A program made the position numbers and the translations under genes. Positions 18,291 through 26,262 of a stretch of DNA of 32,771 nt are shown in pieces. The first letter of the stretch is position 1. Each line of letters starts with the position of its first letter. Where the stretch lies: the IMG/VR virus record IMGVR_UViG_3300044674_004181, positions 1 to 32,771 of that record. One strand, 5' to 3'. The DNA is from a virus. Its lineage: Duplodnaviria > Caudoviricetes. The notes beneath the pieces were generated by a model that saw nothing but the letters and a program-made list of their open reading frames with translations, ran no database searches and was not told where the DNA came from.

Positions 18291-19485
18291 ACATTTTTTC
18301 TGCTACCATTCTTGCTAAAGATCCTCTTTCTACTGTCTTTAGCTCAAGGGACGCGACAAGGGTGTCCCCTGTGAGAGCCTCACAGGCTCCCTGAAGGCCG
18401 CTCTCCTGTAGGTCACTCTGCTCTACGTCTCCTGTCAAAACGATTTTAGAGCCCTTTCCTGCCCTTGTGAGTAGTGCCTTTAGTTGGTGGTATGTCATAT
18501 TTTGGGCTTCGTCTACAATTATGTAAGAGTTGTCAAAAGTTCTACCCCTGACGTGCTCAATAGTGGTGAACTCTAGCTTACCAGAGTCCACCAGGTATCC
18601 TACGTTTCCTACTTTGCCAAGTATGTCAAAGGCTGCCTCCATCCAGGGCCTTTGCTTTTCCTCAAGACTACCGGGCAGAAAGCCTAGAGACTTACCTAGA
18701 GGCTGGACAGGCCGCACCACAAGTACCTTGTCGTAGAACCCCTCGTCAAAGCAAGTGTACAAACCACTGGCCATAGCAAGCAAGGTTTTGCCGCAACCAG
18801 CCTTACCTCTTACTATGACAAGCTCAATAGACTTGTTTAAGAGAGCCTCAGTTACAAAGATCTGCTCTCTGTTGATAGGACTAAACCCAAAGATACTTGT
18901 GGATTCAGTGACCCAGCACTTCTTTAGAGTTTTGTTTTTTGTAAAAAAAGAAGGTATATATCTATTCCCTCTATCTTTACAAAAAACGTAAACGGGCTGA
19001 TTACAGAAAAGTGAGTTACTTATGAGAGGCGTTTCTCCCTCTTCCATAAGCTCGTCAAAGCACCCCGACCCCACCTCTAAACAAACAATGTCAGGTGTAG
19101 CCCTTTTTGCTTGCGGTTCACTTGCCTGAATACCTCTGCAGGAGCACTTGACTCTAACTGCAGCGTCCTCTGAGAGAACTCTGGCTGAATAGTCTTCTGC
19201 TACTTTTACTACTGCGTCATCTGCTTCCAGTCCACAAGGGTCTGCTACCGTGACATAGTTATTATTTAGTTTTGCGTTCTTAAGGTAAGAACTTTTACTT
19301 GCTTCGTCAAGAAGCTTGATAAAGTAGCGGGCGTTTGCCCCTACTTTACCTTTTTTTGTCTTTAGGTTGTCTAGCTCTTGTACTACTTCATACGGAATTA
19401 TTATGCTGTGGTTTTCATATTCTTCTACTACTCTAGGGTTTGAGATAAGGATATTAGTGTCTACTACTACAGTTTTAGTAAGCAA
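18289..19485 (-). CDS. phoH: PIN-domain PhoH family ATPase (PhoH2-type)
   Basis: N-terminal PIN 'VVVDTNILI...VVQELD.LK'; Walker A GKAGCGKT; 'RGRTF', 'IIVDEAQN', 'LTR.G.GSKIVLTGD..QSD'. TTG start with a GAGGAG SD. Confidence 0.93.
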   Translation of the reverse strand: MLTKTVVVDTNILISNPRVVEEYENHSIIIPYEVVQELDNLKTKKGKVGANARYFIKLLDEASKSSYLKNAKLNNNYVTVADPCGLEADDAVVKVAEDYSARVLSEDAAVRVKCSCRGIQASEPQAKRATPDIVCLEVGSGCFDELMEEGETPLISNSLFCNQPVYVFCKDRGNRYIPSFFTKNKTLKKCWVTESTSIFGFSPINREQIFVTEALLNKSIELVIVRGKAGCGKTLLAMASGLYTCFDEGFYDKVLVVRPVQPLGKSLGFLPGSLEEKQRPWMEAAFDILGKVGNVGYLVDSGKLEFTTIEHVRGRTFDNSYIIVDEAQNMTYHQLKALLTRAGKGSKIVLTGDVEQSDLQESGLQGACEALTGDTLVASLELKTVERGSLARMVAEKM

Positions 19486-19490
19486 AAATA

Positions 19491-19532
19491 TTAGCTCCTC
19501 TATACTTCTATTTTACAGTATAAAGGAGCTAA
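19491..19532 (-). promoter_or_regulatory. 16-bp stem-loop sequestering the phoH Shine-Dalgarno
   Basis: Minus strand reads TTAGCTCCTTTATACT-GTAAAATAGA-AGTATAGAGGAGCTAA: 15 Watson-Crick pairs plus one U-G, with the SD GAGGAG in the 3' arm. Confidence 0.7.
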
Positions 19533-19549
19533 AGTGTTATTAATCTATC

Positions 19550-20155
19550 TTACTTAACTAAGTAATATAAAGGCTCTTCCTCGTCGTCTCTTAGGGGTTT
19601 AAAACCTACATCTCTCCACGCTTTTTGTACTTTCTTTAAAACATTCTTATGCTTACTAGGAGAAAGAGTAGAGTATAGGTCGGTCACTGGGAATGGCCAG
19701 ATAACAGCTACATCCCCTTCCTTGAGGTAGGCATTAATGAAAGAACTCATGGCCTCTCTACCATAACCCTTCCCTCTATACTTTTCATCAATGAATACAC
19801 CGTCACCAAAATATATGTTGTTTACTTCTTTAGGTATTTTGGTTGACAGTGCTTGCTTAATAGTTCCATCTTTTTCAAAGATAGATTTTACATGATGGCA
19901 GTGTCCACTGAGGTCTGCGTGAAGCTCCACATCATCATACTGAGACTTAGCAAGATTAATGAATCCACAGAAAGACAAGTCCCCTACGACCTCCTCTTCT
20001 AAACGAATGTCTAGGCTAATAGATTCAACATAGAAATTTTTATACTTTTTTTCTATCAATTTTCGCTGTTCTCTTATTTCAGTTAGCTTAATACGCTGTA
20101 CCTTGTTTGACACTTCTTGCATTTCCGGCAACCCCCCTCTATTTCGTGTATACAA
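19550..20155 (-). CDS. GNAT family acetyltransferase
   Basis: Acetyl-CoA binding motif A 'VFIDEKYRGKGYGREAM' and C-terminal 'AWRDVGFKP'. True start may be the ATG at 20122. Confidence 0.8.
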   Translation of the reverse strand: MYTRNRGGLPEMQEVSNKVQRIKLTEIREQRKLIEKKYKNFYVESISLDIRLEEEVVGDLSFCGFINLAKSQYDDVELHADLSGHCHHVKSIFEKDGTIKQALSTKIPKEVNNIYFGDGVFIDEKYRGKGYGREAMSSFINAYLKEGDVAVIWPFPVTDLYSTLSPSKHKNVLKKVQKAWRDVGFKPLRDDEEEPLYYLVK

Positions 20156-20751
20156 CTGTGGGACTCCGCCAGGTGAGAGCCATAAGGTTTACAAAACTCT
20201 TTTAACTCTTGTAAAGACATGGTAGATAAGGGGGATAGGTATGAGATCCTACAAGAAGACGAGATCCCCGAATTTACACAAGCTTCTGCCCTATTTATAA
20301 ATTCTCTTAAGTCTTGGTTTTGCTCTTCTGATTCTCCCTCCCAATAACCTGTTAGGACTTCCTGAACCCCAAGAACCGAGGCGTAACTTGCTGCCACAGA
20401 GAGTAGGCTCATTTGTAGGCCGGGTAGCACTGGTCTTTCCTCTCCTACCTCTATGTTATCTAGAGAGCCCTTAGTTAGGGGCTGAGGCCCCCTTCCCGCA
20501 ATGAAGGGGACTTTGCCATGATAGTCAGAAAAGTGGGACAGCCGAGCAATATAGGGGCTATCCATGAGCGCCCTGGCCCAACTAACAGCGTGCCTAATCT
20601 CAGAGGAGTTGACCTGGTGGTAGCAAATTATTAAAGGGTAAACTTTTTTATACTTTTTTTTAGCATAAAGATAGCAGGCAAGAGACTTAAAACCCCCACT
20701 CAACATAACTATGCAGGAATTATTATTGTTATAATTAGAGGATTCTGGCAT
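20083..20751 (-). CDS. queC: QueC-like (7-cyano-7-deazaguanine synthase fold) protein with degenerate catalytic motifs
   Basis: 'IVMLSGGFKS' PP-loop-like motif, 'LLSVAASYA..LG...V..G', 'REFI...E', 'SPL', and C-terminal Zn site 'SHSC-x7-CRKCKKCQTR'. Collinear with QueC over the full length. Confidence 0.8.
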   Translation of the reverse strand: MPESSNYNNNNSCIVMLSGGFKSLACYLYAKKKYKKVYPLIICYHQVNSSEIRHAVSWARALMDSPYIARLSHFSDYHGKVPFIAGRGPQPLTKGSLDNIEVGEERPVLPGLQMSLLSVAASYASVLGVQEVLTGYWEGESEEQNQDLREFINRAEACVNSGISSSCRISYLSPLSTMSLQELKEFCKPYGSHLAESHSCIHEIEGGCRKCKKCQTRYSVLS

Positions 20752-20755
20752 TGTT

Positions 20756-21154
20756 TTACTTAATTACTATTTTACCAAATCCTTTACCCTCCTCGGTAAA
20801 AAAAGCTTTCTTACATCCAATAGATGATAGGAACTTGTAGCAGCAAGGGCAAGGCTTGGAGTAGCGTACCTCTCCCCCCTTGTTTAGCTTTACATTTATA
20901 ATGCAAAAAGGCTTGTTGTGCTCTAACAAGCCTTTAGCTTTACGGTAAGCGTCGTTCTCCGAGTGCATCAGAGAAAACTGCGGGTATCCCCGGTAAACCT
21001 GTCCGTCTCTGTTAGTCCCTATAGACAGCAGCCTGTTATTCTGCACAACAAAGCTAAAATGATGCTTTCCCGTGCCCCACCGGGGGTGCCTTTCAGTGTT
21101 CTTCTTCTTTGCTATCTGAAGAACCGTAGAGAATATGGCCTTCTTGACTCTCAA
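20756..21154 (-). CDS. Zinc-dependent cytidine/deoxycytidylate deaminase-like protein
   Basis: HxE ('MHSENDA') and PCxxC ('SKPCPCC'), with 'H.S.VV....LSIGTN'. Start reassigned to TTG 21154 (GGAGG SD, TTGA overlap with the upstream stop). Confidence 0.85.
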   Translation of the reverse strand: MRVKKAIFSTVLQIAKKKNTERHPRWGTGKHHFSFVVQNNRLLSIGTNRDGQVYRGYPQFSLMHSENDAYRKAKGLLEHNKPFCIINVKLNKGGEVRYSKPCPCCYKFLSSIGCKKAFFTEEGKGFGKIVIK

Positions 21155-21579
21155 TAGACTATTCCCTCCGGTGACGGATCCCCGGAGTAGTGCTTGCACA
21201 CCCAAGAAGCTAGGACAAGAGAGTCCACGGCACGAGTAGGGACTTGGAAGACAATACCCACTTCTACCGTAGGCACGGGAAGGGATACACTTAGCCCATT
21301 CCACTTCAGCACACCATCCTGATCAATTGACTTAGCCATGACGCTGTGTACCCTAAGGGCACAGTCCGAGACTCTGAGCATCTCGCAGCACTCTTTCTTG
21401 TCTGAACTGAAAGACATAGCCCTCTTTACAGGGTCAACAGTGCAAACGCTTTCTAGCAGCTTGAAGCCGGCATACGTCGCTAGAAGTTCTGCTGTCACTA
21501 AAAGTGTTTCTTCCCCGTCAAGAAGATAGACAGAGAGGACTTCCATAGGTGTAGCTGCTTTTATGTCTTTTAGGTCCAT
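21151..21579 (-). CDS. Hypothetical protein (142 aa)
   Basis: Fits the operon packing (3 nt gap upstream, 4 nt overlap downstream). No motif recognised. Confidence 0.65.
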   Translation of the reverse strand: MDLKDIKAATPMEVLSVYLLDGEETLLVTAELLATYAGFKLLESVCTVDPVKRAMSFSSDKKECCEMLRVSDCALRVHSVMAKSIDQDGVLKWNGLSVSLPVPTVEVGIVFQVPTRAVDSLVLASWVCKHYSGDPSPEGIVY

Positions 21580-21582
21580 ACC

Positions 21583-21843
21583 CTACTCCTCTGGGTGCGA
21601 AATAACACAGGACCCCGTGACGAACACATGAGGTTCTCCTGCAACAGGAGTCAGTAGGATTCCCGAGGGAGAGGGAAGGTAGTCATGGATAAGGTCCATG
21701 TATACTATGTGTCCTCCCGAGTAGCACTCCGCCAGCAGAATTGGCTTACTCTTCCTGGTACTAGTGCCCTGGCTATCCACTATTTTAAATAGCATAAAGC
21801 CGAGCAGAGAGATAATAGTAAATGCTCTAGTAGGGCTAAGCAT
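21583..21843 (-). CDS. Small membrane-anchored/secreted hypothetical protein
   Basis: N-terminal hydrophobic 'AFTIISLLGFMLFKIV'. ATG 21843 overlaps the upstream stop (alternative start 21858). Confidence 0.6.
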   Translation of the reverse strand: MLSPTRAFTIISLLGFMLFKIVDSQGTSTRKSKPILLAECYSGGHIVYMDLIHDYLPSPSGILLTPVAGEPHVFVTGSCVISHPEE

Positions 21844-22243
21844 AGGAAGTCTCCCCATCCGAGCCCGTAACTGAAATCTCCACGTCAGAACTTGTAAGGT
21901 TTAGTCTTTGGCAGAGAGCATATTGAGCTGTTAGCGCCATAGTATCCAAAGTAACGGGTGTTTCCTTGAATAAGGGCAGGCTATTTAGAGGTTTATCCTC
22001 TGAGAATACCTCCTCAAGCACGGCGTCGTCTAGCGTGTCCCGGTCGAACGCGAACCCATCTTCAAGCGCGGTCCCGAACTCGGTGTAGTGAATAGTGACT
22101 TTTACTTTTAGCGTTTGACCGACAAGACCCGCAAAGGCAGAGGGACCCGACCGGCCACTTTTTAGCCTAAGGACTCTCTCGGCACAGCTCCCTGGCTGCG
22201 CATATACAACATTAACAGTGTACTTCTTAGATACCTTACTCAT
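21836..22243 (-). CDS. queD: QueD/PTPS-like T-fold protein lacking metal-binding histidines
   Basis: 'GLVGQTLKVKVTI...LEDGFAFDRDTLDDAV.E...DKPLNSLPLFKETPVTLDTMA' aligns by eye with the QueD consensus 'LHGHTY.V.V.V...L..G.V.DF..L...V...LDH..LN..P.F...PT.E.LA'. Similar length, and close to the queC-like gene. Confidence 0.6.
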   Translation of the reverse strand: MSKVSKKYTVNVVYAQPGSCAERVLRLKSGRSGPSAFAGLVGQTLKVKVTIHYTEFGTALEDGFAFDRDTLDDAVLEEVFSEDKPLNSLPLFKETPVTLDTMALTAQYALCQRLNLTSSDVEISVTGSDGETSYA

Positions 22244-22261
22244 TGTACTACTCTTACTTCT

Positions 22262-22561
22262 TTACTTAGTCGCAGAATACACCTTGTCGTGCTCTATGCA
22301 GGCGTCGTTCAGTGGGTCATTGGGGTCAGATTCTTTTATGGTATGCACGTTTGGCCCACATGCTTTCCAAAGAGCGAATGTTAGCCTTCTTGGGGGCTTT
22401 GCACACCTTCCCGTTTTCCATCTAACATAGAAAACTGCTGCTACTAGGGCAGCGGCAATTCGGACCCTTAGCCTCACAGACCGGTCCCTCCGTACAGCCT
22501 TGGCTCTCGCCCAAAGTTTCTTGTCAGCTCGGCACCTAACTTCGTTATCTGATAGAGTCAT
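22262..22561 (-). CDS. Basic hypothetical protein with one hydrophobic segment
   Basis: ATG 22561 gives an ATGA overlap with the ParB-like stop. Contains 'IAAALVAAVFYV'. Confidence 0.5.
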   Translation of the reverse strand: MTLSDNEVRCRADKKLWARAKAVRRDRSVRLRVRIAAALVAAVFYVRWKTGRCAKPPRRLTFALWKACGPNVHTIKESDPNDPLNDACIEHDKVYSATK

Positions 22562-23319
22562 TCTGCTTTCTCCTTTACCTTTTCCCACCTCTGCTCTGGA
22601 GAAACGTCAGCTTCTACAAGCTCTATGGTGGCAGCGCGAACACACACAGCTACAAATTCGTCGATGTTTTCGTGTTGGGCAAACAGAATAGCAGTTTCCA
22701 GTACAGAAGGTGCGTGGTCTGCTACAGAGGCTACGTGGCTGGGGGCTGCTTGGTCTACATAACTATTAGTACTTGTCGCCTGATGTAACGGCTCTTCGGG
22801 AGCGGACGGTGTCTGCTCCCGCTCCGTCTGTGCACCTTCAAGATCATCGTTCAGCACTTCCTCCAGTTCCTCGACCTCCCACGTTGTCGTCAGCATGGCG
22901 GATAGCTCGTCATCGGACCACCCGGGCAGTAGGTCTTTGTCATCCTTCACGTAAGACATCACGTCCTGCAGAGCCTCTATGTCCCATTCGGATAGTTCTG
23001 ACGTCCTGTTTAGAGCAACAGAGAGGGCTAAGGCTTCCTTATCACTAATATCAACAAAGACGCAACTTGCTTCGTTCCAGCCCAGTGACCGCATGGCCTC
23101 TAGTCTTCCGTTTCCTCCAAGCACAAAGGAGGTGCTCTTCTGCACTACCAAGGGCTCTACTTGACCGAACCGAGCAAGGCTGGCCCTTATTGAGTCTAGG
23201 TTCTTCTTTCTGTGAACACGGGCGTTCTTTGGGAAAAACTTTATACTATCTATTTTTATGTTTTCTTGCTTTAGCATTTCTGTAGCCTCTTCCGTTCCAA
23301 AAGTCTCTAACATAGTCAT
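22558..23319 (-). CDS. ParB/Sulfiredoxin N-terminal domain protein with acidic C-terminal region
   Basis: 'IDSIKFFPKNARVH....LDSIRASLARFGQVEPLVV....VLGGNGRLEA...LG' and 'ALNRTSELSEWD' match phage ParB-like proteins. Start could be 23277. Confidence 0.85.
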   Translation of the reverse strand: MTMLETFGTEEATEMLKQENIKIDSIKFFPKNARVHRKKNLDSIRASLARFGQVEPLVVQKSTSFVLGGNGRLEAMRSLGWNEASCVFVDISDKEALALSVALNRTSELSEWDIEALQDVMSYVKDDKDLLPGWSDDELSAMLTTTWEVEELEEVLNDDLEGAQTEREQTPSAPEEPLHQATSTNSYVDQAAPSHVASVADHAPSVLETAILFAQHENIDEFVAVCVRAATIELVEADVSPEQRWEKVKEKAE

Positions 23320-23743
23320 ATGTACAATTAGTATTTTTTCCGCAAATCTTTTCTATTTTTTTCATTGAAGCATAGGCTGACACCAAGGGAATGTCAAAAA
23401 CTTCAGCAGGTAGGCAATACCCCCCGAAGGGTAGGTACTTTACGTGATAGGCCGCCATCAGGCCAAACGACCCCCTCGTGCTCCAACCTTCGTGGTAAGG
23501 CTGACACGAAGGTTCTAAATAGCCTCTTCTTACCGCATTCTCCCAAACAACCTTAGACAGATGCGCATCAACTCTGTGTTTCTTCACAGGGCGACACCGA
23601 CTTTCCCTTCTACAAGTTTTCTTAAGTATTCTTTCACACCTTACATCTGAGTAGGCCGCAACTAGCTGAGCCGATTTAGACGGACTCATTGCTATGGAGT
23701 ACAGAGAATTAGCAAAAATAACAACTTTTAAGAAGAATGACAT
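23246..23743 (-). CDS. Putative secreted lysozyme-like/lytic transglycosylase (SLT-like)
   Basis: N-terminal hydrophobic leader; 'CRRESRC' (catalytic ES), 'RGSFGLM' (GLMQ-like) and 'FDIPLVSAYAS' (DP..N-like); seven Cys. Confidence 0.5.
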   Translation of the reverse strand: MSFFLKVVIFANSLYSIAMSPSKSAQLVAAYSDVRCERILKKTCRRESRCRPVKKHRVDAHLSKVVWENAVRRGYLEPSCQPYHEGWSTRGSFGLMAAYHVKYLPFGGYCLPAEVFDIPLVSAYASMKKIEKICGKNTNCTYDYVRDFWNGRGYRNAKARKHKNR

Positions 23744-23753
23744 AAGAACTTGC

Positions 23754-24038
23754 CTATTCTTCCTCTTCTTCTTCTTGCCTGGAGGACATAGCTTTTCCCA
23801 TCAGTATCGTGTCTACTTTCTCTTCAAGGGTCATAAGCCTTTCTATAAGGGCACCTGCTCTATGCAGGCGCTCTGCCATGCTATCAACTTTTTCCTTTAG
23901 AACTTCTACCTCTGCTTGAGAGGCAACTCCTCTTTTGTCCCTCCACATCTCCCCAAGGGTAGCAATGACCCCTAGGATAACGGCAGCGGTTGCCCACTCC
24001 ATAGACTGTGCTGTGTACTCGAAAAATGATCCTATCAT
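23754..24038 (-). CDS. Small membrane protein with coiled coil (holin-like)
   Basis: TM 'WATAAVILGVIATLG', heptads 'LKEKVDSMAERL...LEEKVDTIL' and a poly-E tail. ATGA overlap with the sbcC stop. Confidence 0.6.
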   Translation of the reverse strand: MIGSFFEYTAQSMEWATAAVILGVIATLGEMWRDKRGVASQAEVEVLKEKVDSMAERLHRAGALIERLMTLEEKVDTILMGKAMSSRQEEEEEE

Positions 24039-25657
24039 TGCTGCTTCCTCTTTAGTATTATTTCCATTTCTGGTTTTATTTCATTAAGAGCTGACCACTC
24101 GTGTTCTATGATAACTACACAACGATCTTTGGCTAACTCAGTCAGTGAGTGTGTGACAAGCTCTTTGCCTTTCATGTCTAGGCCAGCAAAGGCTTCGTCG
24201 AAGAAGATAGTTCCTCCCCCTGCCCTACTATTAGTACTAATCATCCCCCTCGCTACTTCCCCGAGAGCCAGTAGCAGCGCTATATTAATGCGCCTCCTCT
24301 CCCCGGAGGAACACCCCTTGTACCCGTGGGGGTGGCCAAGGCCGTTAACCCTGATATCAATAGCGTCCCTGGTCCCCCCTGTTTTGTTGGCGGTATACGA
24401 CGCCAACTCTATAGTGAAAGTTGCGTCTATAGCAGAGAGCCACGAGTTCGCTAGTTCCTCTACCGCTCCGAGCAAAGACGAGAATATGTGAGATCTAACA
24501 CCCTTAGTGCCTAATACTTTTTTGCAGGTAGAAAGATACCTTATTTCTTCTTCTAGTTTCTGCTTTGCTTCTACTGAAGTTCTTAGATCTTTTCTGTACG
24601 TCTCCAGCTCTTCTACGAGACTCTCTGCTCGCTTACGCGACTCCTCATAAGAATCTTCTAGAGTCTTATGTATAGCTACAGCTTTCTCTATGCCTTCAAT
24701 CTTTTCCCTCAAGCCCTTGCCTCTCTCCGCCGCTGCCTCCAGTTTTTCTTGTAGCTTTTCCTTTTCTAATGCTACAGCTTTACCTTCCTCTATTATCTGC
24801 TTTAAGATCTTTTCAAGCTCGCCCACCTTTTCCTGGCGGAAACTCTCGTGTATTTCCTGCTCGCACCTGTCGCAGGATCCTCCTTCTAGGAAGGACTTTC
24901 TCTGTGACAGGCTTTTAGCTTTAACTCTAAGCTCTGTCAGAAGTGTTTCTTTTTTCCTTAGCTCTTCCTGTGCCTCCTTGTAAGCCTTCTTCTCCGAGCC
25001 AAGCTGCTGTGTTAGTTCCTCTAGCCTCTCCGCGGACGGGCCACTATAGGGGGCAGGCTTACTGCTCTCTATAGAGCTTTTGATAATCTCCTTAGCTTCA
25101 ATATCGACACTAAGCCTGTATATTTTGTTTTCTACTTCTTTAAGCGCCTCTTCGCTTTGTGACACGTCTGCTTTACACTTTTTCAGTGCAGAATCAAACT
25201 TGTCTAACTGTAGGACAGTCTCAAGGATCTTTTTTCTCTCTTGGTCGGTGGCACATGCAAAGTAAGAAGAGTCCTCCCTACTGAACACGTGACTCTTTCT
25301 CCATAGGTCAAAGCTGCTGCACCTTTCCTCTATGACTGCTTGCGTCTTGGTTTTTGTATCTTTTGTAAAGTCCGTGCTATCAATTAAGAGCTTTACTTTT
25401 TCGGCGTTGCCCTTCCTAGTTCTGAGAGAGGTTACCCCTGAATATGTTTCAACACTACACTCTGTCTTGCTCTCGGCTGACCACGTAGGGGTTCCCCTCA
25501 GAGTCTTTCCCCAAAGACCATATGCTACGGCCTCGACAATAGAAGTCTTTCCCGCTCCGTTCTCCCCCGAGACAAACACAATTCCCTGCTCTGGCAGAGA
25601 GAATTCCGCTGTTTTATGAACTGTAAAGTTTTTTAGTTTTATATTTTTTATTTCCAT
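24035..25657 (-). CDS. sbcC: SbcC/Rad50/T4 gp46-like recombination ATPase
   Basis: Walker A GENGAGKT, coiled coils, zinc hook CDRC, signature CSSGE, Walker B 'IFFDEAFAGLD', H-loop 'IIEH'. Start reassigned to ATG 25657 (MEIKNIKLKNF). Confidence 0.93.
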   Translation of the reverse strand: MEIKNIKLKNFTVHKTAEFSLPEQGIVFVSGENGAGKTSIVEAVAYGLWGKTLRGTPTWSAESKTECSVETYSGVTSLRTRKGNAEKVKLLIDSTDFTKDTKTKTQAVIEERCSSFDLWRKSHVFSREDSSYFACATDQERKKILETVLQLDKFDSALKKCKADVSQSEEALKEVENKIYRLSVDIEAKEIIKSSIESSKPAPYSGPSAERLEELTQQLGSEKKAYKEAQEELRKKETLLTELRVKAKSLSQRKSFLEGGSCDRCEQEIHESFRQEKVGELEKILKQIIEEGKAVALEKEKLQEKLEAAAERGKGLREKIEGIEKAVAIHKTLEDSYEESRKRAESLVEELETYRKDLRTSVEAKQKLEEEIRYLSTCKKVLGTKGVRSHIFSSLLGAVEELANSWLSAIDATFTIELASYTANKTGGTRDAIDIRVNGLGHPHGYKGCSSGERRRINIALLLALGEVARGMISTNSRAGGGTIFFDEAFAGLDMKGKELVTHSLTELAKDRCVVIIEHEWSALNEIKPEMEIILKRKQQ

Positions 25658-25671
25658 ACTAATATAAGGGT

Positions 25672-26262
25672 ATGAGGTACCTAACTTTGTCATTCATCCT
25701 AGGATTATTAGCCTCGGCTTCTTCAGAAACGCAGAAGTTGCGGCAATCCCCTAGTGTTGTTGTCCCTGCGCAGAAAGAAGATAACCAAGTAGTTATTAGT
25801 ATTTTTGCGCCCCCCTGGTACGACGGGTGGGTTCATCATTTCCAACTGGCTAAAGAAGTTTATGCCAAGAATGGAATAAAAATAGTACCAAAATTATACG
25901 TACCTATACCTGAGTATGTAGCTGACTCTCTAGTTGTTAATGTACTAATAGAAAGCGTCAGTAGTGAGGACTCTATAACTATAGTGTACCTAAGCGGTCT
26001 TAGGGGTTTAAATGGAGAGCGCCTAGCCGGTGTTTTCCTACAAACCTCTAAGAACCAAAAGATAATACTTATGGACTTTGTTAGTGGCTCAACTACCCTA
26101 GCCCACGAAATTGGGCACTACTTGGGTTTGGGGCACACAAAAGACCCCGGCAATATAATGTGTGACTGCACACGGCAAGGAGTAGGGTCTTTTACTAAAG
26201 ACCAAGTCTCTCTTATGAAAAAGACAATTAACCAGCCCAAACCTGCTCCCAAGAGCCCTTGA
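25672..26262 (+). CDS. Secreted metzincin zinc metalloprotease (matrixin/M10-M12-like)
   Basis: Signal peptide 'MRYLTLSFILGLLASASS', motif 'TLAHEIGHYLGLGH' (HExxHxxGxxH) and Met-turn 'NIM'. Confidence 0.88.
   Translation: MRYLTLSFILGLLASASSETQKLRQSPSVVVPAQKEDNQVVISIFAPPWYDGWVHHFQLAKEVYAKNGIKIVPKLYVPIPEYVADSLVVNVLIESVSSEDSITIVYLSGLRGLNGERLAGVFLQTSKNQKIILMDFVSGSTTLAHEIGHYLGLGHTKDPGNIMCDCTRQGVGSFTKDQVSLMKKTINQPKPAPKSP

Noticed and set aside
21155-21304. Extended N-termini given by the ORF track for the deaminase (21304), gp25 (7114), sbcC (25693) and 31907 ORFs
   Set aside because: They overlap neighbouring genes extensively. Downstream starts give typical coupling, an SD or the expected family N-terminus.
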